In this document: positions 36,660 to 49,683 of the stretch, piece by piece | How the letters are laid out: each line of letters begins with the position of its first letter | How positions within the stretch are numbered: position 1 is the first letter of the stretch | Source of the DNA: Lama guanicoe | Taxonomy: Eukaryota | Length of the DNA: 62,000 nt | Direction of reading: 5' to 3' | Assembly (NCBI GenBank): GCA_013239625.1 | Contig: MU053487.1 | Coordinates: 1,445,058-1,507,057, forward strand | The notes under the pieces: generated by a model | Database searches by the model: none | What the model saw: the letters and a program-made list of their open reading frames with translations, nothing else | Told to the model about the DNA's origin: nothing | Position numbers and translations under genes: made by a program

Positions 36660-39305
36660 TCATTTAGCTGATGAAAGGAACCACAAAACCTGGATACAAT
36701 ACTCAAATTTTAAAGGCATCAGGAGCTCTAAGAAAAATATGAACCAGTGAAATAAAATTCCAGACAGGAGAGAACCATTCAGAGGTGAACTGAAAATCCC
36801 AGCAATTTTTGCTCTGGTAGCATTTACTAATTTTGCATGCAGGTTAGCTGTTGAGAACTGTGACTCATCCAGGCAGAAGAATTGACCTCGACAAAGAGAA
36901 AACAACAGATCTGTCACCAGTTATGAGCTAGAGTCAGAAAGAGTAAGAATGGGGAGACCTCCTGGACTGTCATGCACTCTCACAAAAATTCTGCTTCCTG
37001 AAGCTGGATAGAAGACTAAAGAAATAGGCCTAAAAATTCTGAAAGGCAGAAGAGTGTTCTGGTGTTTACGTGGGGTTAAAAAAGAAAAAAAAAGAAATCT
37101 TCTGTGAGGAGGGGCCAGCTAGCAGGTGAAATCCAGGCTTGGCCCTGGCAAAAAACCTCAGAACTTAGAAAGAGGCAACCAGAGACACCATGACCAAAAT
37201 GATAACCTAATTTGTATTGAGGTCATCAACCCCAGATTCTCTCTGCCTAACAGAGGATGGTGTTAAACCTGTCTGGTTGAGTATTACATAATGTGGAGTC
37301 TCTTTTGGTTCTTTTTATGCAATCAAAACAATAAGCTTAAAAAATATCAAGACTACATGACTGGCAATCAATAATTTAAAAAACAGACAATAGAACAAGA
37401 CTTGTGGATGTAGGAATTAGCACAAGATGTTCTTTAAAATAATTATCATAAAATATATTCATGAAATAGGCAAAGTATGAGAGAATGAGATAAAGGGATA
37501 GAAAATTTCAACCAAAAATTGGGACCTAAATAAAACACATAAAATAGACATTTCTGAACTAAAAACATACGTATCTGAAATTAAGAACTTCAATAGATGG
37601 ACTTAACAATAGATTGGATACAGCAATATTAGTGAATAGAAAAACAGATACATGAAAAAACAACAAAACTGATGCACAGAAAGAAAAATCTATTATTTAC
37701 ATAAATGGAGTCTCAGAGGGAGAGAAGGCAGAGAATGTGGCAGTAAAAACAGTTGAAGAGATAATGGCCAGAAATTTTCCACAGACTAATTTCTTCTAGT
37801 CACATAAATGGAGTGATCCTAAATTTGAACAACATCAATGCAAACTCAAAAAGTTCACTAAACCCCAGGAAGAATATATCCAAGTCTTATTGCAGGAAAC
37901 CTTAATCTACAGGAAATCTTGGTAGCAGCAAAACAAGAAAGATACATTATTTTCAAAGAAGCAGCAAGACTGAAGCTTACTTTTAAAATAATGGAAGGCA
38001 GAAAATGATGGGATGGCATTTTTAAACTGCTGAAAGAATATGACTAGAATTCAATATCCAGTGGGAAAAACATCTTTCATAAATGAAAGGAAAGTAAAAC
38101 ATGATTTTCAGGAAAGAAAAACTATTAATTTATATTTTATAATGAATCTGTTAGAAAGGAGGCTGAACAATGTAGATGCATTCCTCTGAAGAAATTAGAG
38201 AAAGATAGTAATTCAAATCTTAAACATATGTAGACAACCTATGAAATTAATTAGATCTATAAATACAAGACTGATCAATAAAAGAATGAAAAATCAGGTT
38301 GCCAGTATTGGAGACACAAAAAGAAGGCAACACAATGAGCGTCAGACATCACTGATATCATGAGCCACTTAATGAAAGTAATTTATAAAATTATATGCAG
38401 TGGGTATTTTTCTGAAAAAAAATAAACTATCAAAGTTAACAGAAGTTGAAAATCTTAATAATTACATATCTGTTAAAGAACTTGAATCTGTTATTAGAAA
38501 CATCCCCAGAAACAAAAAACCCCAGACCCATATGGCTTCAACATGAGTTCTTTCAAATATTCAAGAAAGAAATAAGACTAATATCAAACAAACATCTGGA
38601 GAGTAGAAAAAAGTGGGAACCCTTCCCAACACTTTTATAAGACCCAGGGAAGCTCATCACCTAAGCTTCACATGGATGTTAAAGGAATGGAAAATTACAG
38701 ACTAATTTCTTTTAGTCACATAAATGCAGTGATCCTAAATCCAATCCTCAAAAATCAGATCCAGCAACATATAAATAGGATAATATATCACGAAACGTGT
38801 GGTTTATTCCAGGAATGTAAGGTCGGTTTAACATTTGGAAAAATGCATACATATGTTCACCAAAAGACGTGCACATGAATATTCATAGCAGCAGTATTCA
38901 TAAAGCCAACCTGGAAACTACCCAATGGCCTATCAGCAGTTGAATGAATAAGTAAATGGTGGTATATTCACACAATGCAATACTACAGCAATGAGAATGA
39001 ACAAAATATAGCCACTCACAAATATAGTATTGAGGGAAGCAAGCCAGAAAGAGAAAAGTACCTATTTAAGAAGCAATTTGTATAGCGTACAAAAATAGGC
39101 AAAGTAATCCATGATGTTAAAAAGTCTGGATAATGGCTCCCCTGGGGTGGGAGAAAGATCATGATTAGAAGGAAGCAAGAGGAGGGCTTCTGTGTGTTGG
39201 TACATTGTGTGGTACATTTGTAAAATGTATTAAGCTTTACACTTATGCTGTATGCACTTTAATGTATGTATAGTCAGTTCAATACCAAATTAAGGAATAA
39301 ATGTA
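36660..39305 (+). mobile_element. Old L1 (L1MC/MD-like): 5' region, ORF1 remnant (about 37400-38120), heavily deleted ORF2, 3' end
   Basis: ORF1 motifs (atctgaaattaagaac; ggagtctcagagggagag; tagaattcaatatccag); ORF2 (aaacccagaccc...ggcttca; ggtttattccaggaatgtaagg); 3' end (ggaaactaccc...tggtatattcacacaatg). The 5' boundary is uncertain. Confidence 0.8.
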
Positions 39306-40249
39306 TTCTGAATGGGAAAGATGCCTCACTTCAGCACTGTGTGTCTTCCAAAAAAAAAAAAAGCAGAACATTTAGTCCCCTCTGCCACCCCTCCCCTCTC
39401 CTCGTCAACTTGACAACACTCAAGAAAAAATAAGTAGGGGACAAGGTTGTGGGATGTGGAGTATTAGGACTGACTCATTTACTTAATCAAGGACTACCTT
39501 TCCTTTTCTCAAATGATTATAGGTTTATGTTTTCAGCAGGTAAAATTACTCACTACAGGATGAGACAGAAGATATCCATCGATCTAAAGAAAAATACAAG
39601 ATAAGACTGAGGGGAAAATAAACTCTCTAACAAGTCCATTAGAGAAGTAGTTTAACTTTGAACAGCATCATTTACAGAATCAATCTTATAATTTTCTCTT
39701 TTGGCAGATTTTCAGAGTTTTCAAAATATAGCTAGTTCTATAATTCAAGCCCCACAGCTGTGGTGCTGAGTTAATTTTCTAATTTCTTAGTAAGAGAATC
39801 AGTCTGCATAATCCGCCTCTGAAACAATGGTGGGATATTTCCCCTGTTAAATATCTGCTTAAAGGGGAGTATTCTTTGATCTGTGACTTATAAGGAAGAA
39901 AAATAATGAAGCTAAATACAGTTCATTCAAATCAACGCATATTTCAGAGCATATAAAGTGTGCTGAGTCCAAGCACTAGAAATGTGGTAGTATTTTCACA
40001 GCAGCTACTAATTTGTATATAAATCAATTAAAGCATAGAATAATAATTGAAACCAATTATATAAGTAACCGAATACATAGGAAAAGAAGAAGCAAGAATT
40101 TAAGCTCTTAGTATAGGAAATAACCAGGAAATGCATTAAGATACATTCCTCAGATAGAAAAAAATTAAAACAATCCTCGTAAAAGAAACAGCATTTTGCA
40201 AAGTGTCGTGCTTTTGTGGGAAAAAAAGGGAGGTAGTGTTGACTAGTAA

Positions 40250-40440
40250 AGGTGGTGGTTTGAAATACATTGTAGAAGGCCTTGACTTGTATATGTCACA
40301 GTAGGCAAGGGTTTCAAGGGCAGAACCATGATGAGATTTGCCTTTGAGGGAGATGACTCAGGCAATAGTTCTGAGTTGGTGAGGGGCTAGCTGACCAAGA
40401 GCAGTGACAGTGGGTAAACAGAGAACACCCAAAATGAAGT
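40250..40440 (-). mobile_element. L2 fragment
   Basis: gggtttcaagggcagaaccatgatgagatttgcctttgagggagatgactcaggca. Confidence 0.6.
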
Positions 40441-41269
40441 GCACAGCAGGGCCAAACATTAAGTGATGTTTGGAGGCCAAGTTCTCAGTCTTACTGGTTT
40501 TGTGTGTTAGTTCATTGTTTCCATTTGTTTTGCTGATCAACAAATTATAGAGTCCTGGTTTCAGATCTGGGAGTGAAAATATCTGGAAATCCTTCCAGTA
40601 TAGCTGTAATAGTCTTTATTTAAAAAAACTTTATTTTCCAATTACCTCTTTTTCTGATGTACTGTGTGAACATTCCCATCAGACTTCCACACACAGTTGT
40701 AGACAATATGGGTGTGCCTTGCTAAGAATGCTAAGATACTGAACCCTTGTTTTTAATCCCATAATAATGGAAATCATACATATGCCTCAAAAGGAATGAA
40801 CCATTACTCTCTTGGCTCATCACTCCTCCTCACTGGACAGATGAAGTAATCTTTCAAAACAGTATGTCAAGTCACTGCATTGGCTCACCTTACTACCAGT
40901 TCTAATGTACTGATATGATGCCATTTAATGCAAATCATACAAACTTACTGCATGCTAAGAGGAGCTGAAACAAGTTGGACTTTTGTCTTAGACTATGAGT
41001 TCAGTCTCCCAAGAACCGAGTGGGGGGCTGGCCACATAGCAGAGCACTAGCTCTGATTGCACTGGGCTGACTGGCAGAACCTGCATCTTTTTAACATATC
41101 AGAAGTTTCTGTTTTGGCGTACTATCTAGAAGGACTCTAGAAGCTGTGACTTCTACAAACTGGCCAAGAGCTAGTCCTAGTATAATGTTCATGTCATTAC
41201 GCTCTTCTTGAACTGAAGTTCTTAAGGCCTGGACATTGACTTACTAAACTTCGTAGGGAGTGGCCTTGT

Positions 41270-41495
41270 CACAGTGCAGTAGAATGTCATACAGGAATAT
41301 GGAAACCAGAATTTCATACCTGAGTCTATTCAATACCTGGGTTAAGTCACTGGCTTCTTGGACCCTTAGATTTGGCATTTAGGTACATCCTTCTCCCCTT
41401 TGAATTACTTTTTACCTAGGGATTTCTGTGAAGGGTTGTGTGGTTGTTGGTAAGAGTCTTTGAGATTCTTTGAGGAGATCTCATGTGAAGCCCTA
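41270..41495 (+). mobile_element. MIR SINE (interrupted)
   Basis: cctgggttaagtcactggcttcttggaccctt...gggttgtg...atgtgaagccct. Confidence 0.5.
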
Positions 41496-43492
41496 TTGTT
41501 TTCTGAAGTCGGAGTCTAGTGGAAGGTTCTAGTTCTAGTTCAAGAAATTATCAGCAAAATAATACTCAGAAAGATTCAAAGAGCAAACATCTAAAAATTA
41601 TGTATATGAGGCACATGGTTCCCTATTTTTCACACTTACTCTCATGTAGGCAACAGTAAAAAAAAAAAAAATCAGCTCTAATGAGGAAACCCTCCCTTAA
41701 AAATTGTCACTTTTGCAAAATGAGAGTTTCTTCTAGATCATTAAGAAAGCCATCAGAGAGCTGGGTTTTGCTAACGATAAACATTAAACACTGATGACTA
41801 ATTTCTTTAGTCTAGTTTGCATTTTTTTCCTCAAAATCACAGCAGAAATGCTTTATTTTTCTAATTCTGTTGAAGTCTTCTTTATAAAGATATTTTCCTT
41901 TCAAATCACTCTTGAGATATTAGTTTAATTGCATCAAATAATTGAACTATTTTGCATACACAAATAGCATTTTATTACTTGGCTGTGATGTGGCTTCCAT
42001 CCTGTGTTAAAAAAAATATCCATTGTAATCTAGCTGACACAGAAATTAGATAAATGTTAGTTCCAATCTTAAAATCAAGGCACTATTAATACTTCCTAGA
42101 TCAAATATTGGTAAGCCTATTGAATATTCATTACTTTTCAGATGTCTAATCTATCTAGACATTCATTGCACTCTTTCCCTTTCCTCCTTGATCCACCACT
42201 ATATCCGTTGTTACATTCGCTGTCATTGACAATGGAGTTGGCCAGCTGCCTACTCCTTATGCCCTTCTGCAGGATTGCTTGTTGAGTTTCCCTTTTCAAA
42301 AGCAAGGAGATTCTTGGCCAATGAAATGAGAACAGAAGGGACTCATTTCACCAGGGTGCGATCCATCTCTCTCTTCTCTTTATCTCGGTCAAGTTGAGCA
42401 GCCAAGTTTGGGGTGGTGACTCTTCCCACTGGAAAACAGTGTCTCCAGAGTGTAAGCAAGAAATAAAACTCTGTCACTTCAAAGACAAAAATAAAAGGAA
42501 ATTGGAAGTGCAGGAAAAGAGAAAGGCTTAAAAATCACCCCAGCCAGTAACATGCTATGTAGTTGGGTTGTATTTCTAGAATTACTACCTGTCCTCAAAT
42601 GCTCGTGAGCTGAAACTTGGCAAAGGCGATAAGCCATTGGCTGTACTATTGATTTTATTCACCACATGCATTTTTGCCTTGTTGTCCCAAATGTCCATCA
42701 TTATATATCATCTATGGCTCCTAATACAGATCAATGCACCATGGGCAAAAGTTGGCAGTTATCATCCATGATGATGCCATGGTGATGAGGATAATGATGA
42801 AGAGGTTATGTCATAGAAAGAGTCCCCAGCAAAAGAAAAAAAAAAAAAATACTACATGTACCAAGTCCTTCTAGAAAATGAGCATGTGCCAAAAGATTTC
42901 ACATGTTACAGAATAATGAGTCTGGGGTAGACAGTGGTATAAATTGCAGTGCAATTTATGTAATGTGATATAACATAAATATGAATTTTATGGCCTATAG
43001 TTTGGCTTAAAGCTGCTGTTATTGAATGTTAAGTGCCCCCGGGTACCTGCAAATTGCAATACTTCAGAAATGGAATGTGGTGGGTCCTTTCTCTTGAGAT
43101 AACTTTCACCGGCCATCAACAAAATGGGCCTACCGATGGAGAGAGGGGAGCCTCTGGGAGGCAGTTGCTAATGTGTTTCTGGACCTTGGATGAGCTTCTT
43201 ATTTTGAAGAGCTATTGCCAATATCTCTTCCCACCACCAAGCTGTCAGGAGCATTTTGTAATCATGCTTAGACTAGTACATTTGTGGATATGTCTGCCTG
43301 GGTGTTTGGATGATGAGATCACAGGCCTCTGTGTAACTTGAGTAAAAGAACTGGAAAACACTCCTACCTTGCTAAGTGGTTAGGAATTTTTGAAAAAATT
43401 TAAAAGGGAAAGAGGAAGGAAAGAGGGAAGATATTACATGACTGTATATCAGACTTCCTTAGTTAAAATAAATCCAGATTATCATTTTAAAG

Positions 43493-43791
43493 CAGCAATA
43501 CCTGATAAAAATAAATACAAAGCATTCATAGAATTAAAATTTTACTGATAGTTGCATTAAAAATTAAAACAAAATGGGAGGAATTTTTAATAATACATTT
43601 TGATCAATCCAAAATGGTATCATTTCAACATGTAATCAATAAAAAACTCTTTGTGGAGCCTTTTACACTTTTTTTGTGCTGTGTAATCTGGGAGGCATTT
43701 TACACTTGCAGCACATCTCAACTCAGGTTAATCACACTTCACGTGCTTAATTGCCACATGTGGCCAGCAGCCGCTGTATTGGACACTGCAG
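43493..43791. mobile_element. MER33-like hAT-Charlie MITE
   Basis: tatcatttcaacatgtaatcaataaaa...ttttacacttgcagcacatctcaa...gccacatgtggcc...tattggacactgcag. Confidence 0.85.
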
Positions 43792-43829
43792 CTCCAGAAC
43801 TCATTATACAATCAGGCCAAAGGTGCCCA

Positions 43830-43960
43830 GTTAAGACCACGTCACTGCTCAGCTTCTACTACCCCTGTCTTATCTTGCTTTTCTTACCCATTTCTCCCCC
43901 AAATACATCAGGTGCACAAAAATCTCAGGCTTTGTTTCTAGGGAGATTGACCTAAACCAA
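43830..43960 (+). mobile_element. ERVL LTR 3' end fragment (LTR16-like)
   Basis: tctcaggctttgtttctagggagattgacctaaacca terminus. Confidence 0.55.
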
Positions 43961-44010
43961 TATTTAGTAAAAGTACTTCTTAACTTAATGGTGACTCAGA
44001 CAGAGTTCTT

Positions 44011-45388
44011 CTTCTTCTTTTTTTTTTTATTGAAGTAAAGTCAATTATAATGTGTTGATTTCTGGTGCACAGCATAATGTCCCAGTCATGCATATACATA
44101 CTTATGTTTGTTTTCAGATTCTTTTTCATTAAAGGTTATTACAAGATACTGAACATAGTTCCCTGTCCTATACAGAAGAAACTTGTTTTAATCTATTTTT
44201 ATATATAGTGGCTAACATTTGTAAATCTCAACTCCCAAATGTATCCCTTCCCGCCTCCTTTCCCCTAGTAACCATAAGATTGTTTACTATGTCTGTGAGT
44301 CTGTTTCTGTTTTGTGGATAAGTTCATAGTGTCCTTTTTTTTTTCTTTTTTCTTTTAGATTTCACATATGAGTGATATCATATGGTATTTTTCTTTGTCT
44401 TTCTGGCTTACTTCACTTAGAAAGACAATCTCCAGGTCCATCCATGTTGCTGCAAATGGCATTGTTTTATTCTTTTTTATCGCTAAGTAGTATTCCATTA
44501 TACAAATATACCACAGCTTCTTTATCCAGTCCTCTGTCAATGGACATTTAGGTTGTTTCCATGTCTTGGCTATTGTAAATAGTGCTGCTATGAACATTGC
44601 GGTGCATGTATCTTTTCAAATAAGAGTTCCCTCTGAATATATACCCAGAAGTGGGATTGCTGGACCATATGGTAGGTCTATTTTTAGTTTTTTGAGGAAT
44701 CTCCGTACAGTTTTCCATAACGCTGCACCAAACAACATTCCCACCAGCAGTGTAGGAAGATTCCCTTTTCTCCACACCCTCTCGAGCATTTATCGTTCAT
44801 GGATTTTTGAATGATGGCCATTCTGACTGGTGTGAGGTGATACCTCAAGGTAGTTTTGATTTACATTTCTCTGATAATTAGTGATATTGAACTTCTTTTC
44901 ATGTGCCTATTGGCCATTTGTGTGTCTTCATTGGAGAATTGCTTGTGTAGGTCTTCTGCCCATTTTTGAATGGGGTTGTCTGCTTTTTTCTTATTCAGTT
45001 GTATGAGCTGTTTATATATTCTGGAAATAAAGCCTGTGTCAGTCACATCATTTGCAAATATTTTCTGCCATTCCATAGGTTGCCATTTTGTTTTGTTTAT
45101 GGTTTCCTTTGCTATGCAAAAGCTTATAAGTTTAATTAGGTCCCATTTGTTTATTTTTGCTCTTATTTATATTGATTGGGTAGACTACCCTAGGAGAACA
45201 TTGCTAAGGTTTATGTCAGAGAATGTTTAGCCTATGTTTTCTTCTAGAAGATTTATCATGGCTTGTCTTATATTTAAGTCTTTAACCCATTTTGAGTTTA
45301 TTTTTGTGTATGGTGTGAGGGAGTGTTCTAACTTGATTGAATTACATGCTGTATCCAGTTTTCCCAACACCACTTGCTGAAGAGACTG
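44011..45388 (-). mobile_element. Younger L1 (camelid type), 1.38 kb, 5'-truncated
   Basis: ORF2 C-terminal peptides ([30 protein letters not shown]); poly-T tail; TSD cagagttctt (44001-44010) / cagacttctt (45389-45398). Confidence 0.95.
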
Positions 45389-46577
45389 CAGACTTCTTTT
45401 TGGTAATACTTCATCCTTGCCATAACTCTGTCTCTCTTTTTTCCTCATTACCTACTCATTTTTTCCATATTCCACTTGTACTGGAAAATATATATTCTGT
45501 ATGAATTTCCATAGTCAGCAGCAATTACCTCTTAGTGTCCATTGAAAAGGAGATTCTAAATCACTTGGTAAAGTAACAAACAATAAAAACTTTTGATTTA
45601 GATTTTAACTTCCAGTATGGAACTAACCTGCATGCAAGATGTTTGCCACACTTCTGTCTCTAGAGCGGGCTTTGCCTGTTCTTAATTTCAAATGGGATCC
45701 CAAGGTCAGTTATAGGGTTCAGTATGAGTGATAAATGCACTTAGGTAAAATGTCAAAACAAAAGCCCTTTCCAAAGACAAGGGTCAAAAAAGAGAAAGAG
45801 TTTGACAGTTCCCTGTGGGATATATTTGAATATATCCTTTAGTTTATTCCTTTATAATATTGCTCACTCAAATTCCATTATGAGGAAAACCAAGTATTTG
45901 GTTCCTCTCATCAATAGGGAGCAAAATAAAAGAACTTTATAACCATTCTCCTTTTTGTGTAGCCTAAGCATAGTGATGGACGGATGGCTAACTGTTCCCC
46001 AGATGGCAGATAATTGGCTAACAAGGAAAAACGTGATGCATCCTCAGACAGCAATGGATTCTGGGATAACATTGAAGTTGTCTGTCTGTTAAGGAGCTAT
46101 GCAATTTTATTATATCATTCCTTTTCTTTTTTTTTTGCTTGTTTTTTGTTTGTTTATTTTTTTAGGCTTAAGCAGAAACAAACTGGCAAGTTGCAAACTT
46201 GCTGACTGACAAGTTGGGGAGGACATTGACAGCATTTTAAAATCAGTTCAGTTCAAAAGACATTGAAAGTAGAGAGAAAGGAAACTCTTTCAACCATCTG
46301 TGAATTAAACTCCAAATAGTTCTGCAGTTTGTTCTAATGCTTTCTAGTTCGTGGTAATCTCAATGCACTTTTTCTAAGGAATTCTTCAGACTTGTTGATA
46401 ACGGGAGAAAGGAGGGTTGGTGAATACATGTTTTTGTTTATTTGTTTCATCAGTGAAGACACTCAATTAAAATAGAGGGCAAAGAAGATAATACAATATG
46501 GAAAAAAAGTGAAAAAAGTAAACTAAATTAAAGCAAACCAAGTTGTTTACTGGGAGGCCAGAATATCATTATGAATG

Positions 46578-46930
46578 AGTATCTTAATTTATTCAAGCTG
46601 CTGTAACAAAATGCTGTAGGCTGAGTGGCTTACAAACAACAGAAATTTACTTACCATAGTTTTAGAGGCTGGAAGTCCAAGATCAAGACACTGATAGATT
46701 TGGTGTCCTGTGAGGGCCGACTTCCTTGTTCACAGACAACCAGCGGTCTTTCCTCCATGTCCTCACATGGTGGAAGGGGCAACCTCTCTTGAGTTGCTTT
46801 TGTAAGGGCACAAATCCCATTCGTGATGTTCCACTTTCATGATCTAACCACTTCCCAAACATCATCACATTGGGAATTAGGTTTCAATGTATGAATTTTT
46901 AAGGGGACTACAAATATTCACTCTATAGCA
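46578..46930 (-). mobile_element. MaLR solo LTR, MLT1A-like
   Basis: gctgctgtaacaaaatgc...gaggctggaagtccaagatcaag...aagggcacaaatcccattc...tattcactctatagca terminus. Confidence 0.9.
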
Positions 46931-46934
46931 ATAA

Positions 46935-47092
46935 ATAATCGAACTTGGAGTTGGAAGATTGGAGTTCTCATCATAACATGTGGCCTTGAGTGAAACACTG
47001 GGTCTTTTGGAGCCACATCTTCAAATGGGGGTGTTTAGAGTAAACGCTTATTAAGCTCCGCTCCCCATCAGTACTGTGGTGCGATGGTTCTA
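46935..47092 (+). mobile_element. MIR3-like SINE
   Basis: ttggagttggaagattggagttct...tgtggccttgagtg...gagccacatcttcaaatggg. Confidence 0.55.
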
Positions 47093-47159
47093 AGTCAGCT
47101 GGTATGAAGAAGGTTGCTATTGTACGGCTTCCTTTGCCCTGATTGGAGGTATATTCCTG

Positions 47160-47345
47160 GGCAGTAGGTATGGTGGAAAGAGTTTTGAGGACAGATAAAT
47201 CAAAGTTTAAATTCTATACCTGCCACTTTAACTATATGACCTTGAGCAAATTACTGGCTCATCTGAAAAATAGAGGTAATAATACCTACTTCCCAGAGTT
47301 TCGCTGGTGTCCTTGAACAATGTCTGGAACAAAATAGGCTTGGGG
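47160..47345 (+). mobile_element. MIR SINE
   Basis: tgccacttta actatatgaccttgagcaaattac...catctgaaaaatagaggtaataatacctacttcccagag. Confidence 0.85.
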
Positions 47346-48689
47346 AAAAAAAAGAAATCTTTTCTTTCTTTTCAGTTACTAAGAGGCCATTTTTCTGACA
47401 CATCTGTCCGGTACAGGAGAAAAATAGTTCTCCACAGGAAACTGGCGTCTTCCTTAGCCTGTGCAAAGCAGTGTGGGTTGAAGAGGGGAAACAGGGCTTC
47501 AGTCCACACCTGGGAAGCCACCTCTGAGGCTCCAGGGGAAGGCATGTTTTATAAAATATCTCCCCAGACGGCCGGGAACCCAAGGGGACCCCACGGCTGT
47601 TTAGGTAAATAAGCAGAGAGGAACAAAGAAATGTTGTTCCTTATAGCAAAAGAAATGCAGAGAAATAATGCAGGGCACCGCAGGGGAGGAGGGGGAGGAG
47701 AGAGAAGGGAAAAACCAATGCACAGATCTGTCTGACTCGTCAGTAGGAATCTTGGCAGCTTTTTCATGTGGGATCAGGGCACAAGTGACTTTCAGCAAGG
47801 TTGGCGTTTTGATCCAATGGCAGAAGAAAAGACTTGGAGCTTTTCCACATCAAAATGGCAAAAAGAATACTGCCTTTCATTTCTCATCATGTAAAATACA
47901 GCCATTGGCATTAACGTCCTCCTTCTCTGGCACTTTTTTAGTGGTGTGTGAGCGCATCGAGCTGTGATGGTTTATTTATTTATTATTGTTTTTGCATGTT
48001 TTGTCTGGATAAAGTTAGATGTCTTCTATGTCAAATTACCATTATGTTGAATATCTCCTGTTTAATGTGTCCAGGCAAATAGCTTTTTTTTTTAATTTGA
48101 GCAATCTGCATATGCATATTGTTTCTCTATCTTATTATAATACTGTTTGGGAAGGCTGATTCTTGAATACCTGATGGGAATACAATTACCCTGGTGAGGT
48201 CTGGTTTAAATTATCAGAAAACTTTCTAAATGTGTTTACATGCTGGTTTGTATAAATTAATCATTGGAACAAGGGTTAAGGATTTAGCAGAAAGGTTGTA
48301 TGTCTTCTTAACTAGATTTCCTTGTTTTCCTTTTACATGTAGTGCCAGAGTGTTCTCTGTTTACTCTGTGCTGTGTCTAGACTGCTAATGCCCTGTCACA
48401 GAGGGGGAAGTAAAGCAGGAGGGAACCGATGTTTAGGGGAATTACTTCAAGGCAGAAAGAGGTTGAGCACTTTTATTTGTTTTAAAGAAAATCTGATTTT
48501 TACTGAACATATCAATATTAAATAGAATTTCATTACTTTTCATAAAATTTATTTAGCATTAAGCACTCCATTTCTAACATGAGCCTTAGGTTAGCTGTTT
48601 CAGATGAATGATAAGCTGCTTGGAGAATAATAGTCAGTGATGAGTGAAGGAACGTAGGTTGTCCGTCATCCTGTATAATCATTCTTCCA

Positions 48690-48850
48690 TGTATTCATTC
48701 ATTCAAGAAAACATTTACTGACCACCTGCTAGATACCAGGCAAGGAGCCAGAGGCCACACATGTAGTGACAGTGATGACACAGCCTGTGTCGTCCCGGAA
48801 CCCCCAGCTTAGCAGGACAGGTAGATAAATGAGCAATTACCATTGACTTT
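48690..48850 (-). mobile_element. L2 3' end
   Basis: tattcattcattcaagaaaacatttactgaccacctgctagataccaggca. Confidence 0.85.
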
Positions 48851-49124
48851 TGCGTGGCTCAAAGCTGAAGAGCAAGCCCCCTGCTAAAAGCCACAGTGTT
48901 CTGACCGTAGTTAATATGCCTTGCTCCTCCTTTCGGACACATACAGATCTTTGGGTTTTAAAACCTTCTTACATGCAGAAAGACACGAGTATGCTGCACT
49001 CTCATTGAGATTTGTCTTGCACTACCTGTGTTCTAATCAGTGCTGTTCCTATTCTGTAAAAATGCCAAATAAACTCAAAGGAAGAGAGGAAGGGAGGGGA
49101 TGGGGAAAGGAGGGGGAGAGTCAT

Positions 49125-49340
49125 TCCACTGTAGTTGGAATGGACAGGACTTGGGGTCAGAAACATCTAGAATTTAATTCCCTGTCATCAGTTTCTGGTT
49201 GTGTGACTTTGAAGGAAAAACCTTTCAGCTTTCAGGGGCTTATTTCCTTATTTATACTACAAGGAAGGGGATACATATGCCACAGGGTTGCTGTGAGGAT
49301 TGGAAGAGGTGCTACGTGCGTGAATACTGGCAGGGCTTAT
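49125..49340 (+). mobile_element. MIR SINE
   Basis: tgtgtgactttgaagg...cacagggttgctgtgaggatt. Confidence 0.8.
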
Positions 49341-49683
49341 AACATTGAGATACAGTCGAGGCAGGAGGTCCATGTGAAAAAGGCACAGTCCAACATACGC
49401 GTCAGTATTGGACTGCGTAGGTCATAGAACTGAGTCAGAGTCCCAGTCTGCATCCCTGTTGAAAGCCTTCTTGGACTGCTCCATCTACCCAAATCCTACT
49501 GAAATTTCAAAGTGCAGTTTTGGCTCCCTTCTGTCGTGGAAAATGTCCTTTCATATCCCAGCCCCCCTAGAGCTCCTTTTTTCTGAGCAACCCCAAATCA
49601 AGTCCGTCATTTGTGAGATGAATAAATCCACGCCTGGGGAGTTTAAGGTGACGAGCTTAATGGAAGAAATAAGAACTAGACTC

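Noticed and set aside
45996..46012. CTCF-like motifs (ccccagatggcag here; ccgccagatggtt near 22323)
   Set aside because: Partial matches only; cannot be distinguished from chance without matrix scoring and ChIP data.
48921..49427. 168-aa plus-strand ORF
   Set aside because: Non-ATG start, runs through a MIR element, no recognisable domain.
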